A stretch of DNA of 64,000 nt from Eledone cirrhosa (Eukaryota). This document shows, piece by piece, positions 37,462-50,594 of the stretch. Every line of letters starts with the position of its first letter. The stretch's first letter is position 1. The stretch covers positions 1 through 64,000 of the forward strand of contig CAXHJY010001555.1 of the NCBI GenBank assembly GCA_964016885.1, written 5' to 3'. The translations under genes were made by a program, and so were the position numbers. The notes below the pieces were generated by a model. It did not search any database. It was given only the letters and a program-made list of their open reading frames with translations, and had not been told where the DNA came from.

Positions 37462-39942
37462 TTGTATTGGAATGATATGAAAATATTTTATACACTAGAT
37501 AAAAGAGAAAGAAGGAGGTAGGAAGAGAAGACGAAGAGGGAAGTGAGTAAGGGGGAGGAAGTCCTAGGATTTAAGACTGTCAGACTAGTAGAGATTCTAA
37601 GGAGAGAATGTTTTGGCAGCAGTTAGCTTAATGAGGCGTGTTAGGGTTGGCGGGGGAAGTAAATTCTTCTAGTGGTGTTGTTCGGACAAAATTTAGTTAA
37701 AGGGGTCAAAGTGGTACAGAGTTACAGACAAGTTATTGGGGCTATTATAGTAGCAGGTTATTTCTAAAGGGGTGCAGAAAACAGTGTTTAGTACTATTAT
37801 TATAGAAAGCCATATCTTGTGTATAAACATATAAAACAGAAATTTGCAAACGGTGGTGTAAAAAGGTAACATTATAAAGGAGAATGCTTGATTGTTCCTC
37901 CGGAGCTGCCAGGCTTTATCGGCGAGGGTTGTTACGGAGCGCATTTTCTCGTGCTTGATCGAAGATCGATGTTGGTATAGGCGAGCTTTGAAAGAAGTTG
38001 CGGTACATCCGACGTAATACCATTTGTTGATTCCGGAATTTATTGTACATCGGTAGACAATATTGCGTGCTAGGCACTGGTTATTCAGTGGGCACGTACC
38101 TGGTTTGGTGCAGTTACAATTATTTTTATGTTTTGCAGTAGAATCCTGGATCTCGGACCTCACAAACGAGGAAATTAATATTATACTTGAAGCTAGACGC
38201 ACAGTAGTGCATTTTGAAAATAGTTATTGGATCCGCAGAGATAGACCCTCGGAATTCGACATTACGATGGGTTCTAATGATTCGGCGGAGGTCACGGATC
38301 TGGTTGGGATCTATATAGCCCACAGACTCCAGAGCGAATTTACGGACCCCCACGGCGGAATATACCGCGACGATACACTTCTATTAGTCAAGAATATGAA
38401 CAAAAAAAAAAACCTAGAAAGGTGACGTAAAAACATTAGGACACTTTTCTTAGAACTAGGGCTTAATATTACCTTCGAACACAATCTTAAGGTGGTCAAC
38501 TTCTTGGATGTCACCTTCAACCTTAATAACGGTAATATAGAGCCATTTCACAAACTTAATTATTAAATCTATCCCTAAAAATATATGCATAAGGATCTCC
38601 CGACTGTCGTCTAATTTGCAGACCTTCAACGAGCATGCTGAATATTATAATGACGCACTTATAAAATCTGGTTACTGCGAGAAAATAGAATATCTAGACG
38701 ATAACCACATAAGTACTATGAATAAAACACATCTAAGTCGAACTAGTATTGCACCACACACACACATCAATAGGCATACTAATAGGGGCAAACCAGCAAA
38801 TAGAGTCAGACGTAGAGAGTACATATGGTATAACCCCGTGTACAATATTTCTATTAGCACTAAGATTATCTCACAATTCTATACACTAATCAATAAACAC
38901 TTTACAACTTCACATAAATACTATAAAATCTTTAACTCGCGCACCATTAGACTCTCATACTCCACTGCACCTAACATAGAACAACTAATTAAAAAACTCA
39001 ACTCAGCAATACTAAATAAGTACATCCCTAATGACTCAGCGCACCAGCATAGCAACATACAACGCACTAACACGCAACTACAACCCCACCAAACTATCCA
39101 GGATTCTACTGCAAAACATAAAAATAATTGTAACTGCACCAAACCAAGTACGTGCCCACTGAATAACCAGTGCCTAGCACGCAATATTGTCTACCGATGT
39201 ACAATAAATTCCGGAATCAACAAATGGTATTACGTCGGATGTACCGCAACTTCTTTCAAAGCTCGCCTATACCAACATCGATCTTCGATCAAGCACGAGA
39301 AAATGCGCTCCGTAACAACCCTCGCCGATAAAGCCTGGCAGCTCCGGAGGAACAATCAAGCATTCTCCCCTTGATTGGCAAATTATTGCAGCTGCGCCTG
39401 CATATAAGCAAAATCATCGATTCTGCAAATTATGCAATTTGGAGATATACTGCATTTTAACGTCGGTAAACAAACTTTTTAACAGCGAAATTGAACGTTC
39501 ACTATACTGTAAACATCGTTTGAAAACGACTTTTCCTTTTTTTTTTTTTAAATGCATATAATGTTACCTTTTTACACCACCGTTTGCAAATTTCTGTTTT
39601 ATATGTTTATACACAAGATATGTTTTCTGCACCCCTTTAGAAATAACCTGCTACTATAAAAGCCCCAATAACTTGTCTGTAACTCTGTACCACTTTGACC
39701 CCTTTAACTAAATTTTGTCCGAACAACACCACGAGAAGAATTTACTTAACCTGCCAACCCTAACACACCTCATTAAGCTAACTGCTTCCAAAATATTCTC
39801 TCCTTACAATCTCTACTAGTCTGACAGTCTTAAATCCTAGGACTCCCTCCCCCTTACTCACTTCCCTCTTCCCCTTCTCTTCCTACCTCCTTCTTTCTCT
39901 TTTATCTAGTCTATAAAGTATTTTCATATCATTACAATACAA

Positions 39943-40059
39943 AGGTCTGACGACATGGTGTGTTTGCTTGCAGTGCACCTTCGGTTTATGATAATATTTT
40001 TATATTATTCAAATAGTGAGGTATAGGTAACCCATACACTATAGAAACAATTGTTACCT
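39943..40059 (+). ncRNA. Hammerhead with expanded (90 nt) stem II domain
   Basis: AGGT-CTGACGA-c ATGGTGTGT...ATACACTAT a-GAAA CAATTG TT-ACCT, with palindromic AACAATTGTT. Confidence 0.78.
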
Positions 40060-40105
40060 AATAAATTCTTTATACCCGCATTTCCGTTTCATAAACTTCT
40101 TCTCC

Positions 40106-40133
<28 letters not shown>

Positions 40134-40136
<3 letters not shown>

Positions 40137-40696
40137 TGAAAGGAATTCCAACTTTGTCTGATTTACTCGTTTTATTTATAATCCTTTAAAATGTATAATG
40201 GTATTGTTAGTGGTGGTATTTGACATGACAACAACAACAACAACAACAATAAAAGTGATGTTGATGGTGATGATTACAAGAAAATGCTATTTTCATCATT
40301 TCTAAAAATAACAAACAATTGATGCTTTGGACAGGGTCAATTAGTAGTCGTTAGACATGCTCAACCAACCGTGACGCCTAAATCAATCAGCTTTAGTAAC
40401 TCAGTGAAACTACACACAGATTGGTCGAAATACAATTTGCAAAATTTAGCATCCTGTAGCCGCTTTTCACTGTATATAAGGCACAAAATTTACCCATCTC
40501 ATTACAGTTGAAAATTGCAAACTTGACTGTCACCACAGAATATGAACCTGAGGATTGCGAAATCATGAAGGTACTTGTTCAATTAACACTTAACATTTAA
40601 TATTCTACCATACTATTTCATTCTAATACCATTATACATTTTAAAGGATTGTAAATAAAACGAGTAAATCAGACAAAGTTGGAATTCCTTTTATTA
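40134..40696. mobile_element. Non-autonomous inverted-repeat element (MITE-like), about 72-bp TIRs
   Basis: 40134-40205 is the reverse complement of 40625-40696 with about 3 mismatches. Confidence 0.7.
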
Positions 40697-40709
40697 TTAT
40701 AATAAAATA

Positions 40710-40891
40710 GAGAGGTGAATTGGCAGTATCGGTAGAGGGTTGGACGTCATGCTTTCTAGCATAGTTACGTCCCTTTATGGTCTGAGTTCAAATCCCGTCG
40801 AGGTTTACTTTGCCTTTCATTGTCGATAAAATAAAGTACCAGTAATGTACTGGTAAATTGCTGGCCATGTGCCAAAAATAGAAACAATTAT
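40710..40891 (+). mobile_element. tRNA-derived SINE (family A)
   Basis: Matches 31752-31939 with a short internal deletion. Confidence 0.82.
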
Positions 40892-40947
40892 TTTAATCTT
40901 CTATACACAATCATACAGACCCGTGTATATTAATCTCTCTCTCTCTA

Positions 40948-41015
<68 letters not shown>

Positions 41016-41496
41016 ACATGGGAAGAAAGAGAAAAACTGCGTGGTTGCACATGGGTTACATATTATAAAATTAGTCCCTCATCAGTGATTTGCCAACCAT
41101 CATTGGTATTTCATCGCATTAAAAAATCATATACCTCAGGTTGGTGCGAGCAATAACTAAAATAAGCTATTGGGACAAGTGAAATGCGTAAAGCGAGTGA
41201 GACAAGTAAACAACATAGAAGGAAAAGCAAACCGAAGGTAGGAAAAAAAAAAGCAACATGATGGTTATCCGATCAGCATAAGCTGGGTGAATTTCATGAG
41301 CGGTCAGAAAACAGACCGTTCGACGTGAATGAGATGTGAGAAAGAAAGAATCCCACTACTAACGAACGGGAGGAAGTGAGAAGGTGAGAAACAGAGAGTG
41401 AGTGAGTGGAAGTGCCAGGAAGAGGTCAGTCGAGAGAAAGTGTAACTGACAGAGGGGGCGAAAGAAGGTGAGAGAAACAGAGAGAACGGGGGAGCA

Positions 41497-41604
41497 TCCT
41501 GCCGAGGTTAACTTTGCCTTTCATCCTTACGGGGTCGATAAAATGAAATACCAGTAATGTACTGGATAATTGCTGGCCTTGTGCCAAAAGTAGAAACAAT
41601 TATT
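41497..41604 (+). mobile_element. 5'-truncated SINE (family A)
   Basis: gccgaggttaactttgcctttcatccttacggggtcgataaa...gtagaaacaattatt. Confidence 0.8.
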
Positions 41605-42219
41605 ACTCGGAGCATAGCTTCATCGAGTGCTTGGCTGCATATTCCTAATTGTATTCCGTTGCCTGGCTACAGTTGAAACTTCGATTTTACTAAACTTCCA
41701 TTCGTATATATATATATATACATGCGTACTTCTGGTAGGATTCTAGAATCTTTCAGTGATTTGTAAAACGCCAGAGGTCTATTCAGCACCGTTGTGGTTG
41801 ATATAGCATTTTTGGGTGTATGATAATTGAATAGCTCTAGATATTTGAGAATACCTTTGCCACGAGCTTATTTACACTTCGAAATTGATTTTAGCACTGA
41901 GATATTTTTGGTACATGTTTGTCAGCTGGGTTTTTACTATCTATAATCTAAAGTAAAAAAAAAAAATGGTTCCTATTTCTCAGGAAATAGGAAATAACCC
42001 AGAAATAGGGAATAACCCCGTTTATTGACAAAATTAATTGCTTGACTTGTACCCACCGAGGTGAGACTTTGTGGCAAACAATAAGTTCCTCTCTTTCCTC
42101 GCAATCAGTTGTCAATTTTTCAAGACAGCAGCCACGTTTGAATTTCTGTAGTTATTGCAAACGTTGGTAGGTTTCTAATTTAGACATGGAATGTGTCAAA
42201 AGCGATGCAGGTATATATA

Positions 42220-42263
<44 letters not shown>

Positions 42264-42359
42264 AAATTTAACTCGAAAGTAGAGTTTTGAAACGCGAATG
42301 TATAAGATAATTTTAACATCTTGACTTTTTGTTTATATATATATATATATATATTATAT

Positions 42360-42506
42360 GTAGTAGAGTGGGTAATAGGAGAAAGTATGACACCGACGGC
42401 AGAGCTCAAGCCGTTTCGACGGCAATTTCTGGACCAGAAATAGCCGTCGAAACGGTTTGAGCTCTGCCGTCGGTGTCATACTTTCTCCTATTACCCACTC
42501 TACTAC
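42360..42506. mobile_element. Near-perfect 147-bp palindromic MITE
   Basis: gtagtagagtgggtaataggagaaagtatgacaccgacggcagagctc...gagctctgccgtcggtgtcatactttctcctattacccactctactac, with about 2 mismatches. A second copy lies at about 36040. Confidence 0.8.
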
Positions 42507-42817
42507 CCTAAGTATTGAGTACTCTGGTGCGTTATGGTCCATCTGGTTCCTTACCATAACTCCTTCGTTGTGTATATATAATATATATATATATATAAAC
42601 AAAAAGTCAACAGGTTAAAATTAACTTCGTTTATCCATATTCACTGTTACATATAATTCAGTGATAAGCCTTACACAGCAGCTATGACCTCATCAGACAA
42701 CTAGAATGTGAAGAGAAAAAACAGAAAAACATAACGATGGAATAAAGTTTACTGCTGTTATTTAGATTTTTTTAATATGCTCAGCGCTAAAGCTTGTTGT
42801 TATCTCAAAGCACTGGT

Positions 42818-42870
<53 letters not shown>

Positions 42871-42874
<4 letters not shown>

Positions 42875-43733
42875 AAGATGAATATAAAATGAAAGTGCTT
42901 TTTTTGAAAAGGAATTTATTAGGTATTGACATATGTTTCTGTAACAGACGGAATACCTATGTATCGCTGCTTGCGTAATCATATAATGTTAGCAAGTATT
43001 CGATAGCAAATGTATAATCAGTTGTCACTTCTTCAGAGATTTTGGATAAACCGGATAAAATCAGAAAAATTGAAGTATTTATATTAGTAATAGGGGAAGA
43101 AGAGAGGGGATAGTATATGACAGATGGTAATTCAATTTACTGTTAAACAAGTATATAAAGGGTTTCTGATGAGAATACCATGAGTAAATGGTTCATTTTA
43201 TCTAAATAAGAATTTTTGGGAGTGCCAATTTTAATCTCTACTTGACCAATTGGACAGTGGACAGGGCTGGTCATTTGGTGTAGTAGTATTAATTATAAAG
43301 TGTCAATTGGGGAAGGGGGAGATTTCGATTGCTGCTGAATAACATCAATGCTAGTAGCCAGCTGGTATATGCATTAGGGAATTGAATTAAGAAATCAGAA
43401 ATCTCATTTTATCTATAGCAGTTTATATTAAATGGTAAATAATAGAAGAGTTGATTGAATTAAGACTAATAGAGAATGTTAATATCTATTTTGACAATCA
43501 AACGGAGATATAGACAGGCGTTCAATCCTGGTAGTATTTATAATATGAAAATGTAGATTTTAAGCGATGGTTACAGTATAACGATCGCTCTATTCTGTTA
43601 TTTAATAAAATGTTTTTGGATTTCATAATACAAAATAATTCTACATTACATAATTTACAAAATTCCTGTCCGATGGAATATGAGGGGCGCAGCCGCTATT
43701 ATATCCCATTTTAGGTGAAATTGTTGGTTATTT
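42871..43733 (-). mobile_element. Short 3' fragment of a third CxCx5C-type PLE family
   Basis: The minus strand at about 43535-43733 encodes NNQQFHLKWDIIAAAP..FCKLCNVELFCIMKSKNILLNNRIERSLYCNHRLKSTFSYYK, homologous to the C-terminus of the 18580 ORF. It ends ...atcttttcta into (TA)n. Confidence 0.85.
42923..43041 (-). ncRNA. Hammerhead with expanded (90 nt) stem II domain; stem I decayed
   Basis: CTGAAGA-a GTGACA...TGTTAC a-GAAA CATATG TC, with an internal hairpin tatcg/cgata and cttgc/gcaag. Confidence 0.65.
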
Positions 43734-43779
43734 GACAATACATGTTTTGACACTGGATTTCATATCAAAAACCTTGCGA

Positions 43780-43825
<46 letters not shown>

Positions 43826-43872
43826 TCGCAAGGTTTTTGATATGAAATCCAGTGTCAAAACATGTATTGTCA
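43733..43872. repeat. Perfect palindrome: two arms of about 52 bp around a (TA)n centre
   Basis: tgacaatacatgttttgacactggatttcatatcaaaaaccttgcgaaacaaa (ta)n followed by its exact reverse complement. Confidence 0.9.
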
Positions 43873-44183
43873 TACTTGGGGAAATTCATATTGTTGTAAT
43901 AATTTGCCTGAAATAATAAAAGAACACACTCACTGTTTGGTGGGTTTTCGCTTCTGTACCTCTTGTATCTCCATAGTTAATTTATTTGTCAATCAACGTT
44001 TATCATTGATTGACCAACGGTTAAAAATACAGATATAAATATATATATAGTCTATCAAAGTTCTTTCGTTGCATCTGCAACATCAGTGGTACTATTATTA
44101 TCTTCCCTCCTATTGTATTGTATTGTATTATATTGTAATGTCTACGCCATTTTTATTTTATATATTTATTTATTTCTTCTGTT

Positions 44184-44664
44184 GACTACCCTTCCAAACA
44201 CCCTAACAATAGATAACCAGCATTAGACACGGAACTCTGAATTAACACTATAGACGAGAGGGTCCACATTCTCCACTCACACTATGCTAAACCCATGGGC
44301 TCCAAATACCTGATACTCAAAAGCTCAGCAATGTCCAATAGTGCTAAGTTTAATATTCTGATCGCAGACATGGTATGAGTGATGAAGAATGTGTCACGCA
44401 TGTGCGACCCAACTGAAATGGAAAGACACATCCAACATTTCATCAACCGCATGCAGTTCTCTGGCTACAACCAAAGACACAGAATCAGAATATACAAAGG
44501 GGCCACGGAGAAGTATAAGACCCTCGTATAAATTGACACGAAAGGAATTTGCCCATTATGCAGGAGCAAATCATGGAATAACTTAGATAGGACTAAACAT
44601 AAGATTGGGAAAGCCACTTCATGGTACGACAACCAGAGATACCAGAGTGTCATGTTTGTGCATG

Positions 44665-44666
<2 letters not shown>
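44184..44666 (+). pseudogene. Decayed PLE RT thumb/linker fragment of a different clade (possibly Nematis-like)
   Basis: One frame with 4 stops: DYPSKHPNNR*PALDTEL*..HYAKPMGSKYLILKSSAM..KFNIL..HFINRMQFSGY..GICPLCRSKSW..SWY..YQSVMFVHA. Confidence 0.7.
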
Positions 44667-44697
<31 letters not shown>

Positions 44698-44702
<5 letters not shown>

Positions 44703-45206
44703 ATACTTTGGGAGGGTCATGTGGCCAATAAGAAACACACGCACCAGTTGCTTTCACTTCAATTTATTATAAATTAAATTATAAATTTATAAATTTATAA
44801 ATTTCCGGTTGGTTGTTTCTTTCGTCACACATTCTGTGACCTCTTCATTGACTGCGGATTCTTTTCTTTGTCTTGTGCCTCTCCTTTGTTCTGTCCTACG
44901 CCATCTTGTTTTTTGCGACACACAAAAACAAGATGGCGTAGGACAGAACAAGGGAGAGGCACAGAACAAAGAAAAGAGGTCACAGAATCTGTGACGAAAG
45001 AACTTTGGCAATATATGAACAACCGTTCGGTTGTGGAACCAGCCAACCAACCGGAAATTTATAAATTTTTAAATTTATAATAAATTGAAGTGAATTCTAC
45101 TGGTGCGTGTGTTTCTTATTGGCAACATGACCCTCCCAAAGTATAACAATATAGGTTTCAACACACGTTTTCAGCTAAAGAATCTTGCTAAACAAATTCA
45201 GAAACG

Positions 45207-45208
<2 letters not shown>
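44698..45208. mobile_element. Foldback of two head-to-head pLTR copies (same family as 1-210)
   Basis: The arms diverge from a centre near 44920. Both carry the GTCACA/TGTGAC-GAAA hammerhead half, with damaged cores (ATGAAGA on the left; partly deleted on the right). The right arm has about 55 nt of extra tail. Confidence 0.8.
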
Positions 45209-45248
<40 letters not shown>

Positions 45249-46410
45249 CAGTGTGTCTTCATATCTAATAAGAAAAAAAGTTACATCACGCATGGTTTCA
45301 TTATCGCCAAGCAGTAAAATCTCCTCATTATTGACTTTATATTAAGCTATCACGGAGGTGTGTTTGTATGTCTGTGTGTATCTGTGTGAATGTTTGCCGT
45401 AGGGACTTTACCTGATTACTAATATCATAATTCATACAGATTCTGCTTCGGCATACACATTTCACAGTTAATAATGTATATGAAATGTATACATAATAGT
45501 AGATGTTAATAGGTTATGCCAGCATTCTGATATTTTGTGAAGACTGGAAAATATTTTTTTTTTATCTTTTATCCCGTTGACAGTGAATCGAATCACATTG
45601 TTATTGAATATTTCATCGGAGAATTACCACGTATTTTGTTAGTCCGTCAAAATACCTGATTTTTTTCTTCGTATAAAAAGCATATTTTTTACTTTCTTTT
45701 CTCATCTTAAAATGCTTCAACGGAATCTAACAATGAAGTTATTGACGTAGCTCTTTGCTGTATTCAAAACATCTTATGAATAAGGTAGAAATATATTCCA
45801 CAATTAAACCAAAATATATGAATACATCAGTTTACATTAGATATTGGATATATTCGAAGCAATATTACCAGCCTGAGTAAAGTGTAGAAATGAATTCAAT
45901 TTATCAATTTCGTAGAAGTTCGAGTACGGTGATACATTACTTAAAATTCTTCTGTCGTATTTCATTTATCCAATCACCATGTTTAAAAACATTCCTTTTC
46001 TATGCATTTAGTTATCAACTTTCAATACGTTGTGGATGCAGCAGGATTTAAGAAGCTCACTTTCCAACATTAGTTCGTGGGTTGAATTCCATTTGTTGGC
46101 ATCTAGGGCTAGTGTCATTTATCATAGCTTCTTGTGCACACTTGCCTTCTTAGAGAAATTGGTTAGACGGAAACTGTTTCAACGCCTGTCAAATGGACTG
46201 TGGCACTAAAGAGCCAGCTTGGTCACAACTGTATCACGCTGAATATCCCTGAGAATTATATGATGGGGAACATGTGTGTGTGAGATGCTCAGCCACTTAC
46301 ACGATACTTTTATTAAATGGCTGTTTCGTTGCTCGAATAACTGGAACGTAACTCTATGGCACAAAGCTTGATGTCCGACGCTCTGCCGATATTGCCAATT
46401 CAACGTTCTA

Positions 46411-46590
46411 TAATGGCTTCTGATTTAGGTACGAGGCAAACATTTTGGGGGTGGATCGGAAAATCGGTTAAATCGACCCCACTGTGCTACTGGTATTTTA
46501 TTTTATCGACCATATAATGCAAAGGGGCGTAACTATATGCCACAAAGCATGTTGTCTGACACTGTTTTTACCGATACCGTCAATACTTGC
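46411..46590 (-). mobile_element. Decayed SINE (family A-related)
   Basis: Reverse complement of gtcgataaaataaaataccag..ggggtcgattt..cctaaatcagaagccatta. Confidence 0.6.
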
Positions 46591-46831
46591 TAAAAATGAT
46601 AACCAAAATCCCCCTCAAAATAGACCCTTAATACACTTTCTCGTCTAAAAGAGTACACATTCGACAATGCTCTCCACAATATATTACTTCTGATTAGCGA
46701 AACGGGATGGTCACGGTAAGAACTTCTCTGATTATAAATGTATTCAATCAGCGTTGGTTGGTATGAATTACAGCAATAACTACAACAATTTACTCAAAAA
46801 TGTCGTTCTGAATTTACACAGAGCTAAACAT

Positions 46832-46868
<37 letters not shown>

Positions 46869-47510
46869 CATATAAATAAATAAAAGGGAGATGTAATAGT
46901 TATTGAAGCGTTCTGTATATTTTTCTGTCTGTTTGATGGTTAAATATTTCAAACAAACGTGCTTTTCGACCCTCGTAATTTTAAACACACGATTTACTGT
47001 GTTTATTACTACATATATTATTATATATATACATAGAGATTTTCATGTTGGAATAAAGATGGCTCAAGCCGTTCATCTCATTTGATCAATGTCAATATTG
47101 AAGGTCTGAGAGAATCTGAGAGATTGCTTCTCATTAACTTATCTCTGTATGAGTTGTCACGTGATATCTTACTGCCTTTAGCGAAATTTCAATGTTTTTT
47201 CTTTCACACATATCAGTATCACAATATATACGATATTGCCAGCACCCAACACACATATACATTTGATGTATGTATGTAGGTATATGTATGTATATATGCA
47301 TATATATATGTATATAAATATATATGTATGTTTGTATATATGTATGTATATCAGAGAAAAGAGTATTACAATATCATTACTGTGTAATGATATTATAACC
47401 TGTTGCCTCTGTTTGAAAGTAAACAGTATTGTTTTTAGGTTTTACTATCTATCATTAGATGTTTCCGAATATATGATTATACATTCATTATTTCATGCAC
47501 ACACAGACAT

Positions 47511-47660
<150 letters not shown>

Positions 47661-48866
47661 ACTGTATTGGAGCACATTCATCTCCGATTGTGAGTGGTTT
47701 TGAACAACAGACACATTATTATAGTGAAACTGTGTGGCAAGTCAGGCACATTTAATTGCATGTATAATTCGTTTTAAGTAACACCAGACCAGGATCTCCA
47801 TCGTCTCTAATACCTCCAATCAGTCCACCGAAAGAATACGATCGTAAATACAACCTGCTGAAATTGGGTTTCTCCGAAGAGTTTTTCGAGTAACGTTATT
47901 CGACATACAACGAACGAAAAACTAGCAATCGACTGATGAGTTGGGAGTGTCTATTTAATTAGTTTACCTTTCGTCTTTGTCTATATTTCTTCTATAGATT
48001 TCATACGACTTTAGCCAAACGGGACTCTTTTTTATATACATGTATATATATATATTAATATTTGATATTTTAATAAATATTTGCTCTATGGTTTTTTATA
48101 TATATATATATATATATTAATTCAAAATATTAACAAAATAGATATTCTTGTGATCAATTATATTTTATTATACATATTTCAGAGGTACTGAGTTAAGTCA
48201 GAGACACGGCGACTGCTGTTAACTTCAGTTGAGGTCATAAAAGTTTTCAGATTCCTATCGCTGCAAAAGACGCTGGACATCAATCAAATCTGTAGGGATA
48301 CAGTCAGTCACAGTTAAAGTGAGTGGGTACACACACATTCCACACCCACATTCACCGGCTCGAGGTCAAAGAAAAATATATACATATATACACACATAAA
48401 CACAGTATTAAACCTGTACAGTTAGTGTGGGTGGGTACACACACACCGAAGCGATGTCAGAGAAAAATATAAGAATGTACCAACACAGCACTCACCTAAA
48501 GTTAGTTCACAAAACAACAGAAGCTATATTGGTCAAATCTCAATTTGACGATGTAAATTGGAAATATTGGGTTAGCCAACGCCCCAAACACACACAAGCA
48601 AGTAACCCAATATTTCCAATTTTATCAAATTTAAAACTTGAATAAAAGGTTTAGAACGGTTGAAAACGAGGTAAAACGTTGAAAAAAACTGGAGGCGATA
48701 AGAAGCGTGGCTTCACCAACAACAATAATAATAATAATAATGTTACCCATAGGCAGATCTCGCATAATGCAGCCTCGACAGAAGAATATTGCTCGCCTGT
48801 GGCAGATAATAGATAGACCCAGGACACCATAGTGAAATACCAATATATGGAACCTATATAGAACTA

Positions 48867-48897
<31 letters not shown>

Positions 48898-49042
48898 TGT
48901 ATGTATGTATGTATGTATGTATGTATGTATATATATATATATATATATATATACATACATCTAAAACCGCAATGGATAGTGATGTGATATTATTATACCC
49001 TCTCAGGACTTTATAATTAAGGACTTTGCTATATGAATATCT

Positions 49043-49082
49043 GCCTCCGACGAGCCCCCATAGGCGAAACACGTGTAAGAGC
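49043..49082 (+). ncRNA. Degenerate minimal hammerhead
   Basis: CCGACGA-GCC(cccata)GGC-GAAA CACGTG TA, with a U4C core change and an imperfect stem I. Confidence 0.6.
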
Positions 49083-49304
49083 TATATAAAGATATGTTTT
49101 AATGGCTTGTAACTCTTTCATTCACTCATTCTTTTGCTTATTCCAGCTCTGCTTAATCCTTGCACTAAATATTAACTTTCTCTAATATTTAACACTGATA
49201 ACCCAAGCATTGAGGACACAACGCATCTGCGTTTGGCATGTAGTATTCTGTATCGAACCTCTTTATATTTCTCCTCTCTATCCTCTCTTACGATACTATA
49301 ACCC

Positions 49305-49350
<46 letters not shown>

Positions 49351-49507
49351 TATTTACGTATCGAGAGAGAGAAAAAAGGGAAGATAGGTGATACATATAG
49401 TTATTTGCCAAGTAGCGTATGCCAAAGGAGCTCGATACTAGTGCCGGCAGTATTAAATATTCGAAGTGTTAATATTTAGTGGGCTAGAGAATTAGCAGAG
49501 CGTAAGC

Positions 49508-49589
49508 ACGTGGGAAAGTAAGAAATCGGGGAATAGACCGTTAAAACATGTTTTAACGGTCTATTCTCCGATTTCTTACTTTCCCACGT
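49508..49589. repeat. 82-bp near-perfect palindrome
   Basis: acgtgggaaagtaagaaatcggggaatagaccgttaaaac at gttttaacggtctattctccgatttcttactttcccacgt. Confidence 0.88.
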
Positions 49590-49656
49590 ATATATATATA
49601 TATTATTTATATGTATATATATATATATATATTATTTATATGTATATATATATTAT

Positions 49657-49692
<36 letters not shown>

Positions 49693-50375
49693 CCGACTAC
49701 CCTATATATAGGTTTTTGTTGGTTTCTTTCTCTGGTTTCAATTATTTGACTATGATCACATTTTAAATTGACTATGATCACCAATTTAAATTCGATCACA
49801 TCGACCCCTAAATTTATGCTTTTCAAGTCTCGAAAGTGTTTAATAGATCTCTTTTTGTTGAAAGTACTGTCTATAAACATCGACCGAGGCATAAGGGTAA
49901 ACAATGACGCTCCCTTCTGCCAATCATACACTCACGTATACGAGGCTGTTATCTCACTCCACCTCACACTTTCGTCTTATACTTCTCTTTTTCATTTATT
50001 TCCTCAGTCTTTATTCACCGATCTATCCCATAAATCGCCTTCCTCTTTCTCACAAACGTAAATACAGTACTATAACCACCAGATCAATCTCCTGATCAAG
50101 CAATTTGATCTAGTAAATGCATAAAATAGACCATAATTTGCATTAGACACAATCACATAGTCATATCAATTTATAAAATCGATTACGCAACAAAATTTTT
50201 CACGAGGAATATAATCGATTATATTGATCAGGTAATTGAGTCTTACTGTATTGACAACGAAAAGATCAAAGGCAAAGTTGAAGTTGGTTAAAATTCTATG
50301 TTAAAAGACGCAACTAAATACTGCGTGGCATATTGTTGGCACCCTACATATTAAGTCAGCCCACAATTAATATTA

Positions 50376-50594
50376 ATGGTTTCTGATTTAGGCACAATGC
50401 CTATAATTTTGGGGACGTGAAGGGCGAATAAATTGACCCCAGTGTATTACTGGCACTTTATTTTTATCGACACCGTAAGGGTGAAAGGCAAAGCTAACCT
50501 CGACGGGATTTGAATTCAGAGCTTAAAGAGCCGTAAATCTATGCCACAAAATATTTTGTCTGACGCTCAACCGATTACTGCCAACCAACCACCC
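50376..50594 (-). mobile_element. tRNA-derived SINE (family A-related)
   Basis: Reverse complement of the SINE head, B box and body. Flanked by a degenerate duplication ccacaat(t/c)aatat. Confidence 0.75.

Larger units (their letters stand above)
37191..40106 (+). mobile_element. Degenerate 5'-truncated PLE (probably Hydra clade, second family) with a long inverted 3' duplication
   Basis: RT and endonuclease fragments at 38152-39560 (MGSNDSAEVTD, GIYRDD, VNFLDVT, CNCTKPSTC, YYVGCT, CKLC) with stops and frameshifts. 37297-38151 mirrors 39096-40106 with indels. The inverted copy has about 105 nt of extra tail. Confidence 0.92.

Noticed and set aside
38152-44666. In-frame TGA codons as selenocysteine in PLE ORFs
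   Set aside because: The stops fall at non-Cys positions (Trp/Arg/Leu-like) together with TAA stops and frameshifts, consistent with ordinary decay.
47933-47975. CTGATGA core-like motif
   Set aside because: No paired stem II followed by GAAA.
48165-48250. Minus-strand hairpin followed by GAAATATGTATA
   Set aside because: No CTGANGA core was found upstream; at best a decayed pLTR.
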